64,000 bases of DNA from an uncultured Acidimicrobiales bacterium (GTDB lineage: Bacteria > Actinomycetota > Geothermincolia > Fen-727 > Anoxymicrobiaceae). Of the stretch, positions 63,333 through 64,000 are shown piece after piece. The stretch lies in NCBI GenBank assembly GCA_964512645.1, contig CAZEJS010000005.1:18309-82308 (forward strand), read 5' to 3'. Each line of letters starts with the position of its first letter. The stretch's first letter is position 1. A program made the translations under genes and the position numbers. The notes beneath the pieces are model-generated. The model was not told the origin of the DNA. It did not search any database and saw only the letters and a list, made by a program, of their open reading frames with translations.

Positions 63333-64000
63333 ATGGCTTCCAACTTGAAGAACTCCGGTTCGCGTGACAGGTCTCTGGGACGCAAGCGGCGCCGCTTCTC
63401 GGCAGCGGCCCGTGTGCTCGTGGCGGTGGCCCTTTGCGCCGCGCCGGCGCTGGTCCGGGCGGCGCCTCCGTCGGGCGGCGCCGCAACCGTTTTTCATTTC
63501 CAGGGATACGGGCGCGCCCACGGCGTGGGCATGTGCATGGACGGGGTGTACTACCGCGCCATGGAAGGCCAGGACTACCGCACCATACTCACCTACTACT
63601 ACACCGGGGTCAATTTCTCGACCACCGACGATAACCGCCCGATAAGGGTGAAGGGCCGGGACGGCCAGGTCCGGGTCCTTTCCATGCGCGACTACCTTTA
63701 TCGCCTGCAGGAGGAACCGGACAGCTACCCCCTGGAGGAGCTGAAGGCGCTGTACGTCGCCGCCCGGACCTATACCCTTTCGTGCATAGCCCGCAACAAG
63801 CATACGGCGCAGGGCTTCGACATCTGCTCCAGCGGCGAGTGCTGCCAGGCCTTCGACGAGAACAAGAACGTGGCCGCCTACCCCAACTGCAACGCGGCCG
63901 TCGACGCCACAGCCGGGCAGATACTCACCTACAACGGGCAGCCGATCACCGCGGCTTACTGCGGGTCCTGCGGGGGGCACACCGAGAACAACGAGGACGT
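63333..64000 (+). CDS. SpoIID/LytB-domain protein (partial, runs off the window)
   Basis: Open frame translated by hand, absent from the ORF track: GYGRAHGVGMC, ILTYYYTG, EELKALYVAARTY, FDICSSGECCQ, AVDATAGQILTY and CGGHTEN. Confidence 0.88.
   Translation, partial: MASNLKNSGSRDRSLGRKRRRFSAAARVLVAVALCAAPALVRAAPPSGGAATVFHFQGYGRAHGVGMCMDGVYYRAMEGQDYRTILTYYYTGVNFSTTDDNRPIRVKGRDGQVRVLSMRDYLYRLQEEPDSYPLEELKALYVAARTYTLSCIARNKHTAQGFDICSSGECCQAFDENKNVAAYPNCNAAVDATAGQILTYNGQPITAAYCGSCGGHTENNED

Overview
GC-rich bacterial chromosomal DNA, gene-dense and mostly on the + strand. Gene order matches two blocks I recall as conserved in Actinomycetota: hppA-topA-MFS-tmk-holB...tRNA-Thr(CGT) and tilS-hpt-ftsH-folE-folP-folB-folK-DUF2520-panC-panD...coaX. 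The metabolism is anaerobe-like: four-subunit 2-oxoacid:ferredoxin oxidoreductase, K+-dependent Na+-type pyrophosphatase and an A/V-type ATPase in the archaeal order HIKECFABD. A deep-branching anaerobic actinobacterium is therefore inferred, not proven. Most of the window is housekeeping (folate, CoA and NAD synthesis, ATPase, murA). A small decayed patch at 12.5-14.1 kb holds a methyltransferase pseudogene, a truncated membrane protein and an internally deleted IS1380. The most unusual part is 54.2-64 kb, a run of secreted proteins: a malectin plus DUF4965-like enzyme, an amidase, an SLH-NlpC/P60 peptidase and a SpoIID-type enzyme cut by the window edge. The three complete ones end in the same module of four ~101-106-aa WxxAEG repeats, present in two circularly permuted registers. 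Other notable items are an archaeal-type topoisomerase IA, a bacterial translin/TRAX gene, MurA with the Cys-to-Asp change, and terminator-like hairpins lying between promoter-like elements and start codons at four loci. No CRISPR array, rRNA or prophage was seen. All family assignments come from motif recognition by eye; no database searches were run.
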